DNA of 56,098 nt, filler included, from Sphacelaria rigidula (Eukaryota), in NCBI GenBank assembly GCA_964200075.2. It is 6 parts of 6 records of this genome, joined end to end, with 100 filler letters (N's around TTAATTAATTAA, not from the genome) between each part and the next. Parts side by side here need not be neighbours in the genome. Positions count along the whole stretch, not along the records: positions 9,368 to 18,634 come from CAXNAA020008880.1; positions 18,735 to 28,000 come from CAXNAA020008881.1; 4 more parts are not named here. One strand, given 5' to 3'. Position 1 is the stretch's first letter. Each line of letters opens with the position of its first letter. A program made the translations under genes and the position numbers. Below the pieces are notes generated by a model that was not told the DNA's origin, did no database searches, and saw only the letters and a program-made list of their open reading frames with translations. Below, in pieces: positions 11,619 through 23,815 of the stretch.

Positions 11619-14600
11619 CATCGGCTTCGCGACCATCCCGGATAAATTTAACGCGGCGTTCATGCTAGTGGTGCTGGTGTGCTTGGCTTGGAACGTGATC
11701 GTGTTCGTCGTGCTCGCTCCGAGAATGTTCCCCAACTTCTGGTAAATATGTCAAAAAAGGATGCTCTTTGCTTTTGTTATGAGGCCGTGTCTTACACCTT
11801 TTGACCGCGAGGGTAGGTCACCTGCTGAATCGGCATCAAGATTCACTTGAAGAAAGTATGCGTCACCCAGATGGATTGTTATACTTGCACCGTGGTCTAA
11901 GGGTTAAGCTTGAGTTTTTTTAATTTTATTTCGACCAATAGCGTGCGTGCGGCGGAAAGAAAAGTCCGATCTGATCAGGTCGTCATATATATTTTTTCGT
12001 GTTGATGTTTTGTTTCTTGCCTTCTTCTGCGGGCTGTTTGGGTTATGGGTATGGGTGGTATGCTCCTTGCACTCTGTGACCACGTCGAGAAATCGGGCTA
12101 ATGTGACGGATATAATTATCATTAGCATTAGCATTAGCATTATCATAATCATGTCCACGTCATTTTATGTTGAAATGACGACTTATCAGATCGGAATTTG
12201 TCTTCGCCCCACCGCACGTTTTCGATCGAAGAATAATGTGGTAAGATACGCCCTGATACAGGTACTACTCCCCGCTGCATGGCCCAAGCCGAGTGCTACC
12301 AACTAACCGCACTGGAAGGCTTACAACAACAGTATGTCGGGGACTTTGTTTTGTCGTTTGTCGATCTTCTTTTTCCTTTGGTTTGTTTGTTTGTTTGTTC
12401 TCCCCTCTGTCCTTGCTTTTTCAATATTTTAACACGCCTACTAATAGTTTAATGCCTTCTTGATGGCAATTATTTATATTATACTACGACCGACGGCTAT
12501 TACCCACCCACCGTCCCACCCCACCTGCGCGATGATACGGATCGAAACACGAAAATATTTTTTTGGAACAAAAAAACGAAACACCACGAACGGGCCGGGA
12601 CAGGTTCATGCGAGCGACCGCTCTTATCGGAGACGCCCTGGGTCACAGTTGGGTGGGGCTTCTTGTGCTGAGGGCGATGGACCCGAGGCTGCAGACGCCC
12701 GTTCCCGTGGCGTACGCATACAAGATGATGATGTTTTTCGTGCCGGCGTCCGGGGGCAAAAACGCTATCGTTATCGGTGAGCAATAAGGGGAGCCTGATT
12801 GTTATTGTACTGATGTTGATATTGCTTGATGAGAGGGTGAGCACCAAAATTTGGATTTTTTAGTGGGGCTGAAAGTTCTCAAGTGGTTCTGCAGGCTGGT
12901 TCACGCTTCTGAGCCAGAATTCACTCATCAGCAAAATACATTTCGCGATACCTACTCAAAAGTCGCATACATGGTACGAGCTGGGCCAGTTAGAAGCGGC
13001 TAAAACTTGCTCACACCACAGCTTCCCCGGTTTCCCGATTGCACCCGATGTAAGCATATCCTGCGAAGTGTAGACCAACCTGGTAACACACGGCACCACC
13101 GTTGAATGAAGAAAAAAAATGAAAAAAAAATGTGCTGCATAATGTATAGCGCGGACGAAAAAGAAAAGAAAATATGTCGGGATTCGAACTCATGACCTCC
13201 ATAATTTGAGTTTCCCATCACTTGATTCATAGTGGTCAGCAGCGTCACGGGAAATGTTGAACGCACGGCCCAATTCGACGATTCTTGAGCTGAAATTCTA
13301 TGTAGACCTTCTGCACCCAAGGAAGTGATACTTCACGTGAGCAGCTGCAGATTCTCCTTTTTTTTCCTGGACTTATGGCATTATCTTGTTTTTGCTGAGT
13401 TTTTAAATGCCCATATATATATATATATATGTATATATACATTTTTTTTCTTTGCTGCTTACGTGATCTTCTGCATTTCGATCATAAAAAGCTGCTGTCA
13501 AAATTTCAGCGTCCAACCCCTTATATCGCGCCGTGCGTCGCCTGAGCAAGATTCACACCTACTCTTGGCTGGCCCAGCTCGTATATAATATCATACTGAC
13601 CGTCATGGACAAGTGAAGAGGGTGGCATAGCCGGATTGTTTTTTAGGGGCACCGCGGCGGCGCTAGGGGCGAATATATGCCTCGACAAATCAGCGCCATC
13701 TACGCGTCCTAGGGTAGCCTATGGCACATTCTTACAAAGTTTCGGTGCGTAATTAGAAAAAACTGATGCAATGGGGTCGTTGTTACGGGAAACTCACCTG
13801 AAAAGTCGTTTCGATACCGAATCAGGTTGTTGGGATTTTGTATCTTACAAGCTCGTTTTATCGCACAAAGGCGCCAATCTTCACGCCGATACTTTAGAGT
13901 TGGACTCTGAAAAAAATGCACTCATACGTTGTTGGGGCATTACGAAATTTTCGAAAAAAAAGTGTTTTTCATTTTATTTACTTCGCCGATTATCGGGCGT
14001 CCCAGAACGGCGTGTGGAGGACTTGTGACTCCCCAGGACCAATAACCGGCGAAAGAATGAAATTGGAAAATGCCGGTGTTTGAAATTTTCATAATGCACC
14101 ATAGTACATGTGTGCAGAGTCTCAGAGTCTACCATCAACAATCGACGTTTCGATACATGTGCGTCAAGTAGCCTGTAGCGTGGGCAGAACGCGGTACGGT
14201 TGTGTCCCATGTACCTACGTCGTGTCTCAAGCTGACGTGATGGAGTGAGTATGCCTGCCTGCGGATAGTCAGTTAATGAGTAGAATGAAGAATTGAAGGG
14301 AAAACACACTGAAAACCAACAACGGCGACAGGGATATTGGGGCATATAGTACCAGCTTAACTTTAATACTTCTGATGAGAAGAGTCCGAATAACGACCTT
14401 GATTGATTTGATTCGACCTTTCGGCGTTTCACGGTTGTTGTTTTTTTTCCTCCACATCGATAGTTTTCTCAATCTGTGGTTGTTGTCCCGTGGCCGATGG
14501 ATGCCTTCTCCCCCGTCTTTTCCCCCTTTCTTTATCTTTTTTGAGCATATATATTTTGCCCTATTGATATCCCTAAAACCACCCGCAATTGGGATGTTGA

Positions 14601-16098
14601 AATCTTGGTTCTCTATCACAATTCTTGTCATTGACCGCTCTCTGAAAGTTGGAGGCTAGTTTACCGGCGTTGGGCTACAAATGCTCATGATTGACACAAT
14701 TTTACAGATGTCGCTACCCCTAACCCTAACCCTAACCCTAACCCTAACCCCAACGCATACCGAGAACCCTCGGGCAAGGGCGGTACATACATTCCCTAGG
14801 AAAATTGCGGCCTTGGTAGACCCCAAAGTGGCGCCTGTGGCGCCGATTTCAACGACAACGCGTTCTGCGCACGAGAGGAGCACACGGGACTGTCAGCCCC
14901 ACTGGAATTCCGATTCTCGTGGTTCAACACTGGAATCAAGTAATATCAACCATGGATATTTGTAGCCCAACGCCGGTAAACTCTTCTTGAAAGTTGGGTG
15001 CTTGTTGTGTCTCATTCAGTGTTGATGCAATCTCATACTCCCATGATTCATCGAAACTTCGCTCATTCACTCCCTGCCTTGAATATCCATGGTCAATCGG
15101 GCAGGGCGAGCCTTGACCTGTGGGAAGCAGGTTTTGTGTTTCACGTTGGCCTCGCTTGATTTGGTGTGCAGAACACTGAGCTTGACACTTGTCATGGACC
15201 TGCGGAGAATAACCCTTGCCAGGGTGTGTGTGTTGGGTAGGGTAAATACCCGGGTACTCACTCTCCCGAATTTTGTGTTGCAATGATCCGATCTCCATAC
15301 TCTACTCAAAGAATGAGTAAATGTAGGTACAATTGCAACACTCTACCCAATATCTGGGTACTGCTGAGTACGATCTCAATACGCTACCCAAGTTTTGGAC
15401 TTCAGAGTACATTTTTCGAAAATTCCTTCAGTAAACGTAGGAAATGAATGCCCTACACAACACACCCTTGTTTTTCTTAGGTTTTAGTACAAGAACACAG
15501 GAAATGACACAGCTAGACTTGCCATGCTTTGACCCTGCTCGCCGTTCTCTGAAATCGTTTCCTGGATGCTCTCGAACGAAGAACAAACACGACTGAAAAA
15601 TGAGGCAGGCAAAACGAAAATATGTGAGAAGAAAAAGCGTGCGTCACGGCAGTACCGTGTACTTAAAATCATCATCTTGTACTCTTGGCTGTACTTTACT
15701 GTACCATCACGACACATGCTTTTTAATTTTTTTCAGTTTTTCTCTTCTTTTCTTTTCTTTTCCACCAGTAATTATTTTTATTTTTGTTTTTCTCCGTATG
15801 ATCGATAACTGATGGTTGACCAAACCATAACCATTGTGCTCTTGCTCTTTGTCATTTTTTTTTACTCGTATGTTGATATTCTCCCCCCTTCCACCACCAC
15901 GCTTGACTATTTTTTTCGGTTTCGGATATCTGTTCGGCGTCAGCAATGGTGGGGTGGATCGGCGTGTGGAAAGCGATGTTGGTGTGTTTGGTGGTGTGTG
16001 CTGCGTGGCTGTGGCTGTTTGACTGGCACTTCAAGGCGCGAATGCCCCATAATCAACAGAGGAGAGAGGACGAGCGGAAAAAGAGGGAGAGCTCTCCG
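11619..16098 (+). CDS. Sodium/glutamate symporter (GltS family), partial: three C-terminal exons
   Basis: Exons 11619-11741, 12604-12776 and 15944-16098 have AG/GT borders and compatible phases (TG|G = Trp, G|CA = Ala). They give IGFATIPDKFNAAFMLVVLVCLAWNVIVFVVLAPRMFPNFWFMRATALIGDALGHSWVGLLVLRAMDPRLQTPVPVAYAYKMMMFFVPASGGKNAIVIAMVGWIGVWKAMLVCLVVCAAWLWLF... This resembles the bacterial GltS C-terminal pattern WN...LAPR..P..WF.R....G...G....GLL.LR..DP......AYK. Upstream exons and the stop exon were not found. Confidence 0.8.
11783..12253. mobile_element. PIF/Harbinger (Tourist-like) MITE in a symporter intron
   Basis: Termini GGCCGTGTCTTA...TAAGATACGCCC, flanked on both sides by TGA (3-bp TSD). 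Internal imperfect inverted arms match the element at 16500-16687. Confidence 0.65.
12892..14175. mobile_element. Non-autonomous Tc1/mariner-like element (CAGGCTGGTTCACG TIR family) hosting a nested MITE
   Basis: Left end CAGGCTGGTTCACGC. Right end GCGTCAAGTAGCCTG followed by TA is a 12/15 match to the reverse complement. Same TIR as 23816-25302. Confidence 0.55.
12977..13581. mobile_element. MITE with CGAGCTGGGCCAG TIRs and TA TSD
   Basis: TA|CGAGCTGGGCCAG ... CTGGCCCAGCTCG|TA is a perfect 13-bp inverted repeat. The same terminus occurs at 50901, 53229 and 54333. Confidence 0.8.
14658..14982. mobile_element. MITE-like element with 25-bp perfect TIRs and an internal (CCCTAA)5 telomere-type tract
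   Basis: AGTTTACCGGCGTTGGGCTACAAAT (14658-14682) is the exact reverse complement of 14958-14982. CCCTAA x5 lies at 14718-14747. Confidence 0.75.
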
Positions 16099-16453
16099 GT
16101 GAGAAATTGTTGTACCCATAATATGTTTATGTAGTATATATACCCTTTTTTGGTCGGATTATTCTTGGTTCCTTGTCCTCTCGATGTTGATGCTGTTGCT
16201 GGGATTGTTCTTTCTTGTCGCTGCGACGTGATACATTGTTCTGGTTTACAAGTGAAACAATTGGCGAGAGCAAATAATGGGGACCAAAATAGAAAACAAT
16301 TTACATATATATATATATATATATTTATTTTTTCACTCACCAAAAACCTGAAGAAAAATATGGAAACGTGTGAGCCGACGAAAAGAAATAGAAGAAATAG
16401 AAGAAGGGAGATTGCACACCGCATGCTACCGCGTACATGGCGGACAATCACCA

Positions 16454-16486
<33 letters not shown>

Positions 16487-16499
16487 CGCTGTACTGTTA

Positions 16500-16811
16500 G
16501 GCCGTGTCTTAGCACATTTTTTTCGATCGAAAAAGTGCGGGGGAAAACAAGAAATTCCGATTTGATGGGTCGTGATTTCAACTATCGTAGTTCAGTTTGA
16601 ATATGGTTGAAATCACGACCTATCAGATCGGAATTTTGTTTTCCACGGCGCATTTCCGATCGAAAAATGACGTGCTGAGACACGCCCTTCAGGTCGTGAT
16701 CTCAACCATCTCCAAAATAAGTTACGACAGTTGAAATCACGACCTATCAGATGGGAGTGTTCCGTTTCCACCGCACATTTTCGATCGAAAAATAATGTGC
16801 GAAGATACGCT
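16500..16811. mobile_element. Harbinger-like palindromic MITE (16500-16687) plus an adjacent partial copy
   Basis: GGCCGTGTCTTAGCAC...GTGCTGAGACACGCCC forms a near-complete hairpin, preceded by TTA. The right arm is repeated at about 16730-16811. Confidence 0.65.
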
Positions 16812-17791
16812 GTAAGACGCGACCTTAGCTATGCTAATCGGGCCCCAAAAAGTAAACAGGCTGTTCGAGGACACGATTCCGACCAGAGACAACCCATGTA
16901 TTTTCGCAATGTTCCTTGGGATGCTCCATTTTCACGGGGAAGTCGAGCGTTAAGGCGACGCCCTCCCCGTTCAGTTTTGCGCCGAAAAAAAAAAGTAAAA
17001 TATATGTAGATTTTCGCGTACAAGAGTCATCATATAAAATATCAGCTTAGAGCATCCCCGAAGTATCCACACGAGCCGGGAGCTCCTTGGGAAGGACCTA
17101 CGGTCCAACACGCGGCATATCCGAAAAGCTATGCTCAAGGCTAGATCTTCGGCGTAAGCTGCAGGCTAAAAACGTGATAATGTCCCGCGTTCGGTGGTGT
17201 GCATGGTGTTTCTCGGGACGGATGCCTTGCGGGCCCCACGGTACGTCGATAGTTGGCGGCCGCGGTTCGCGTTCCCGCCCGCCACCACGCTTAGGGTGTA
17301 GTATATGGAGTGTGCAATCCGTCTGAAAAAGAAGCATCTCAATTGCTTTTAGCACAAATGAGAACGGCATGATCGTTTTCATGCAATCCTGGCGACGCAG
17401 CTGTAGGCATTAGCTCCGTAAGCGCGCTCAAGGTTTAGCTTATTTGAGGTTCTCGGGCTTGAATAAGTTTTTTTTCGAAAAGCTTAAAGAGAGCTTAAAT
17501 TGTTTGATAAGCTTATAATGTGCTCGAAACGCGCATGAAACTGCGATATTTTTTCATGCGCCTCCTGCAGCCAGTGCGTCAGCTGCTTGAAAGTGCTCCC
17601 TACGGCCTATGACGTGACTCGTCACTCGCTACTCGTCACCAGACAGGCTTCGATATTCAATACTCCTAACTGCCATGGTTGCGGGTCTGATCCGAAAAAT
17701 GTAGTCAATAAATATTTCGTGCAGTAGCGGTGCCATGGGGCCCATTGTACATTGTACAGCGTACAACCTACAGCGTTAGCTCATCGACTTC

Positions 17792-18172
17792 GTGTACATT
17801 AAGCAGCATAGAGGCTACACCGGGGAGAAGGTCCGCCAGCTTGCGGTTTTTCCCTCCGTGAACCCGGAGATCATGGCGGGCCTTTTGTCCGAGAAGGATG
17901 ACTTTTTGGTCGCGGTCTCGGGCGCGCACTCAAATTACGGTTTGCTGTCTTTTTGGGACGATAGCAAAACAAGGCTTTCCACTTGGTATCTCGTGGCGAT
18001 GGATATCGTACTTTTTCAGCCATTGTCGGCGTTTATGGAGCGAGTGTTTTCCATTTTCAGGGGGTATTTGGACTCCTGTCAGGGGAGGGCGTCGGGTGAC
18101 CGGATCGAAGCCGTGGTTATGCTCAAGTACAATCAGAGCCGGAAGTTTGACACGATTTCACATGTCGACTGA
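17792..18172 (+). pseudogene. hAT transposase C-terminal dimerisation-domain remnant
   Basis: LLSFWDDSKTRLSTWYLVAMDIVLFQPLSAFMERVFS...RIEAVVMLKYN matches the hAT W...A...L..P.SSA..ER.FS motif. No upstream catalytic region is visible. Confidence 0.75.
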
Positions 18173-19149
18173 TGGTACTGTAGATAATGGGGGGGGCGGG
18201 GGCGATAGCTTGTAGCTTGAAAATTGCCGGGCGAGAGGCCGAAGGCTGCAATACCCTGTGTCCAGAGGCTGCAATGACCTACTGCTGCATCATGTATGAT
18301 GAGTGTACGTAGTGTGGACACGTTGTTTCGATAGGTGGTTTGGGGTGCATTCAGACTCAATGATCGAAGAAGAGTTCTATTTTTCAACTCAAACAATTTT
18401 TAAAACCTCGAAGTCCCAAATTGTCGTCTTCTCCTCATGCTAGAAGGCGCGCCTCGTAAGGAAATACTGCCACAACGCCACAACAAGGACGCGAAGGGGG
18501 CGCATATAATACGCATATTTTCGCTGAAAAGGGCTTAAAATGGGGCATAGAACAAGGGGGGAAAGCCTATTGAAAAAGGGGGGGGGGGGGGGGGGGGGGG
18601 GGTACTTTTTTTTTGCCTTCCTTGGCGGTTTGACNNNNNNNNNNNNNNNNNNNNNNNNNNNNNNNNNNNNNNNNNNNNTTAATTAATTAANNNNNNNNNN
18701 NNNNNNNNNNNNNNNNNNNNNNNNNNNNNNNNNNCGCGCCCCCATGTTCTCCAATCACCCCCCGACACACCCACCATCCCCCCCCCCCCCCCCCCCTTAT
18801 CCCCCCTCCCCGATGCAAAAACTTTCAAACAAATCAGGCCGTCTACGGGGGCAAGATCCCATTGTCGGAAGACCTGATCCGAGATCCCCCCTTCAAGGGA
18901 GCCCGGCGCGTGCGGGGTTGCTGTGTACGAGACGACGAAACTCCCAATCCGAATCACATGACACATAGTAGTCGAAACACTTCAGCGGCAGGGGCAGGGG
19001 CAGCAGCGGCGCCTTCACCAGCCGGCAACGGCAGCTGGTAGCTGCTTAGTAGTAGCCCATAGCAAACGATACGCCTCAGAATTGTGGCAATCAATTTTGA
19101 TTCCTAATTTGCTGAGTGCGATGTGAAACTGCAGGCGGTCAGCACCTCC

Positions 19150-20340
19150 CTCTCACACCGGACGCGCCACTGTGACAGGCGGTCGTGGGGTCCCAGAATC
19201 CATGCCTGATTTATGGAGCACATGCGGTACGGAATTTGAGCTTCGCTTCGGAGCCGATTTTATTCGCGGGCCAAGCTTTGGTTTGGGATCCCAATCCCAC
19301 GCAAGGAACTGGGCGTACAGGGATGATGGGGGTAGTGATGAACGGGACGTGATGAGGTTTGGAGTGAGCTCCTGCGGCATCATCAGCCCACGTGTACGGT
19401 GATGCTGCCGTTGCTGCAAGGACATCGGGTACCACGAGCTAGGCAAGACCAAGAGGAATAGCTGATACGCGGTGCTGGCAAGGACAACGATCAAACCATG
19501 TCGAGCCCAGTCGGCCCTTTCATTGCCAGGTATATGTGGAGGACGAGAGAGCGGAGGAGAGGAAGGGTCAGCAAGGCGGAGGGAATCCATCAGTGGGCTT
19601 TCTGCTCACCACGTTAGAGGCAGACTTAGAGAAACCCGGGCATCCCTGTGCTCTGTTTCTTGGGGGGCAGTTTGGGGTCAGAGTAAGTGTTTCCAAGTAG
19701 TAGTTGTAGAGGAGGGTGTACAGGTGACAATAGTTGTGAGTGAGTATTCCCCTTTATTCTTGAAAGTAACCACATGATTGACTTCATTGCGTGTTGATCG
19801 ATGAAGATCACCAGTTGATTCGAACGCCCTTCACAACTCGCTCGGTGAGACGTATCTCGCTTTGAGGGCTGCTAGATGCAGAGCGCTTTTAACGCTGCCA
19901 CCCGAAGCTAAACCGCGCGCACATCGTGACTTAGTGACACACTCGCCGCTGACAGAGAGCAAGGTAGCAGCGTATTCACAAGATGCCCCGACAGTCATGA
20001 GCCCCACCTGTTGGATTGAGTGTCGAAGTTACAAAAATAATGAACGTTGCCTTCATCAAAGCGTAAATTTCGGGAAATCTTCATCCTGTGTCGACAAGTA
20101 TTGCACTATGAGAATTAGGCTTCGCCAGGGGTGAGGCAGTAGAGCACGGGTTCCGGAGAAGGATGTTGTCTTCCTCTGCTGCCGAAGGATATTCAAAGTG
20201 AGACGTCCTTTTCTTTTTTTGTCGTTCGGGCAAGGATATGGCCGTGACAGATGATAGGCAAGAAGAACAACTGACCGAGCAAGTACGGCGGTACCGCGAA
20301 CGCTCAACCAGGGTTCATGCGGTAGCTCTGTTATTCAGAG
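19150..20340 (-). mobile_element. Possible highly decayed retroelement fragment with RNase H-like motif
   Basis: Only HIPGNERADW (RNase HI GNE.AD motif) in ORF 19153-19590 is recognisable. Boundaries are a guess. Confidence 0.3.
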
Positions 20341-20859
20341 CTCGTTCTACCAGAGACGCCGTTGCCTAGGTTGCCAAAGATCCAGTTTCACAGGTTGAAA
20401 CGTTTCGAGTCCGCCCATGTATGTCACTGGCGGACCCCGTTCCTGATGCTGTTTCTCCGGTTTACAAATGTATCCTGGTGCTCATTACGCTCATATATAT
20501 ATGGTCTCCACAACTATTTTGTACTCATCATCTCTGCTTTGTATTGGGAATATTTGATACACAGCACCCGCCCACTCTTCCCAAACAGCCTCCGTCGCCA
20601 CCTTCAACCCCTTTCATGGGCGTCACGGCACCTCACACACTCATCCACACAGATGATGCCCATTCTTTTCAGGATTACTTTCGGCAGTCAAAGTAGAGAC
20701 GAGTAGTTGCCCGCTCGACACGACTCGATCAGGAACTGTCTTCGTGTTCTTCCAGGGAAGCGTTGCTGCTGGCCGTAGTATACACGACCCTCGAAAATTA
20801 TACGCTTTCCCCGCTGCACGATCCACGCCTCTCAAAATTTGCGTTTGCGACGCGCGAGG

Positions 20860-23062
20860 TCACCGTCTCCGGGTAGCGACCTGGTTACCGTTCGCAGACT
20901 CCTCCTTGGCCTCCTCCATGAGCTCGTCCATTTGCGAGCATACTCTCAACACTTCCTTTTTCGAGGTTTCCTGAGTTGGTTTTGGCGCAACACACAAGAG
21001 TACATGGACTGTGGTTTTAAAAAAGGACGAGGATGGTGGAAGTGGACACACGCACATGCAGTAGGTGCGGTTATGCTGCACGAGATGGCGTGGATGGCTT
21101 TCGGCGAATGGAGGGGAAGGGGGGGGGTCAGTAGGGTAGGAGCCGCGCAACCGACGAATTCCAACCATCGGATACTGCAGTTTAATATTATCTTCCCGAA
21201 AAAGTGTCGTATTCTTCAGTCTTCCGACATACCACCGTGAGCAACTGACTACACACTTGAATAAAGATGACAAACGGGAGAGGAAGGGAAGGAAAAAGAG
21301 GAAGAGAAACGAGGAAATGGAGTTACAAGAAGCACTTGCAGACAGCTCATGAGCTACCTTAAATATCACTTATTAGTGTATTGCTCCCGATCATGAGCTA
21401 GCTCATTTCGCCCCCCTTTTCCGTATTTTACTCCTTACAGCGCTGGACGCCGAGCACGCTGAGTAGTGCAAAGGTATCGCTCTGACTTGTCGGAACCTGC
21501 TGTCACGTGTTCCATCTTCTTGCACACGACATCTGAGAGCCCTCTTTGATGAGTTATTCATCGACGTGTAAAGAAGTGAAACAGATTCAATCGTACCATC
21601 CGTCGTCATTTTTGTGTGATACTCTTGTTTCGAGGCAGAACCCCCCCCCCCCCACAGACGCAAACACACACGTAGACACACCTGGAGCTCCCCGCCAATG
21701 AAGAGCTCGTCGAGGATATAGTAGGCCTTGTGAAAGTTGAAGATAATATCGAGCTCGCACACGTTCCCGAAGTAACGGTCCAGCACTTCCACGAACAGGT
21801 GGATTTTTTCAAGGGTGATCAGCTCGTTGTCATCTTGGTCTATACACGCAACAAAGAACAGCGAGGCGTACCTGTTGTGTGTTTCGTTCGCCCACGGTGT
21901 TTTTGCGGTTTTCATCGTCATCGTCGCACCACATCAAGGAAACACCCATGCCACGGGGGACGGGGAGGGGAGGGGAGGGGGGGGGGGGCATACGGGAACA
22001 GAGCAGAGACGAGGCCGAGTAAAAAGAATTCAAAGACCGGCTCACACCGTTTTCATGGCGCACAAGGCAACATTTTCGCTGAAAACTATATAACATCGTC
22101 ATACGCACGGGGTACCCATAACGGTTTCTCTGACCCACTTCGTATAAAACAGTCCGAGCGAGCCCCGAACCTCGAGGCAAAGACGCGAATTATAGTGGTA
22201 CCGAACTAGCGAAATGTCTTGGATTACACGGTGCACGTTACCCAAGAGCATCAACAACGAAAAACCGGACTTCGGTGGTATCGTGGTCTCCGCTGGACAA
22301 TCCTATTTGTAGCATGGCAGCTGGAAGGAGGACTTCGATGTGCGTTAATCTTTCGGCCGCGGCTTCAACATTCCGCACCTCTTGTAAACGATTTTTTTGT
22401 CTCGCCACTCAACAAAATTGCACATCTTGGGCGCACGTGCCAGGACCGTCGAGGTAACCTCTCGAACGGTGCGCGCTTTTTCCTGGAGTTTCGAAAACAA
22501 GAGCAGCGGACGCGAGAAAGCAAAGACGAAAACGAAGACGACTTGCCGGATCGAAAGCGGTGTTCGAACACAGAAATTGATCATTCGAAGGATGAAACAT
22601 GGGAAAAAGATAGTTTCACCTTCAACAGCAAAGCTCTCGTGCAGCAATTGATCGAGGATGATTGATGATGATGTTGATCGTCGCACTTTAACTGACCCCC
22701 CAGGGGTCCAACCGTGGTCTCATGATAGACATACCCAAGAAAACGAAACAATTATAATCCAAATTTTACACAACGGCTTCCTGTTTCACACATCTCACCA
22801 AGGCGCCAAAAAAAAAAGAAGCTATAGCCTTCAACGCCTTTTCTGACTCGACGGGGCTGTTTGTTAGCGACACATTCGCAACCCTCACAAGACGTGCCGA
22901 AACACATATGCCGAAAATATTTTTGGTATATTTATGAGCAACAATGACACAGTTCTCAACGCAAATCGAGTCGTCGACAGGTTTCACCTTCGCCGAGTAG
23001 GTCTGGTACCACTTCGTGAGTCGCGTTTTGCCTTGTCGACTGATGAGCAGCAAGAAGTTAAT
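20860..23062 (-). CDS. AP1S: AP-1 adaptor complex sigma subunit
   Basis: Exons 23062-22988 ([25 protein letters not shown]), 22482-22379 (EKARTVREV...[16 protein letters not shown]), 21871-21682 (RYASLFF...[35 protein letters not shown]) and 20970-20860 (ETSKKEVL...RRR-stop). All are GT-AG and phase-consistent. The initiator ATG must lie in a separate upstream exon; a candidate ATG|GT is at 23485-23483. Confidence 0.95.
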
Positions 23063-23815
23063 CTATCGGCGTCGTGTTGGGGCGGGGGTGAACGGGGCGG
23101 CGGGCGGGCGGGCACGAGCAGAGCAAGGGTTGATAGGGGGAAGTAAATCGATACTCGTAGAGCATTATACGAATGAAGGGTTTCGGTTTTTGTGAAGAAC
23201 CCTACAGTTGTGTCGATCAAGTGGTGGACAAGAGCATGCGGTTTGCCAGGAGCACAGACGCATAGGAACTGCATGTCGACGTGTAGGCTGCTTGATAAGA
23301 ACAGAACAGAACGACGCGCGATTATCAGATTCACACGCAAAAACAATCATAGTAATAAAGGAGAGTGTTATGAAAACACCGATAGCAGCGACAGGAGAGG
23401 GATTTGAGGATGACCGCAGCCGCAGATGGGAGACAGTGTGTTTGTTGGTTCAAGAGCCAGTGTGGTACAGTATTTCAATAACCATCTGAGTGTGAACAGA
23501 TGGGACCCAGATGTCTGTTGAGCTTCATCAATCGAATGCGATCCCGAATCACCGGAGGGATGCACACCGGAGCGCTCTAGCGTATATAGGCGAACAACGC
23601 CAACCTCCAAAACGGTGTTGCCTTTTAGACTTTCGCTGTGATCACAAAAAGCATTTGACTCTCTTGTTGTGAACACGCAATTGTCTGCTTTCCGTCTGAT
23701 GTATCAGACGCGCGGTGAACAACACCCCCCGTCTACCCGATATACCGCAATCGTTGCGGGTGAGCGTGAGGCAACTTGTCTGGCCTGCAACTGTACACAC
23801 CCTGTGTAAAGTATA

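Noticed and set aside
14718-14747. True telomere or chromosome-fusion scar
   Set aside because: Only five units, internal to a TIR-bounded element within an intron.
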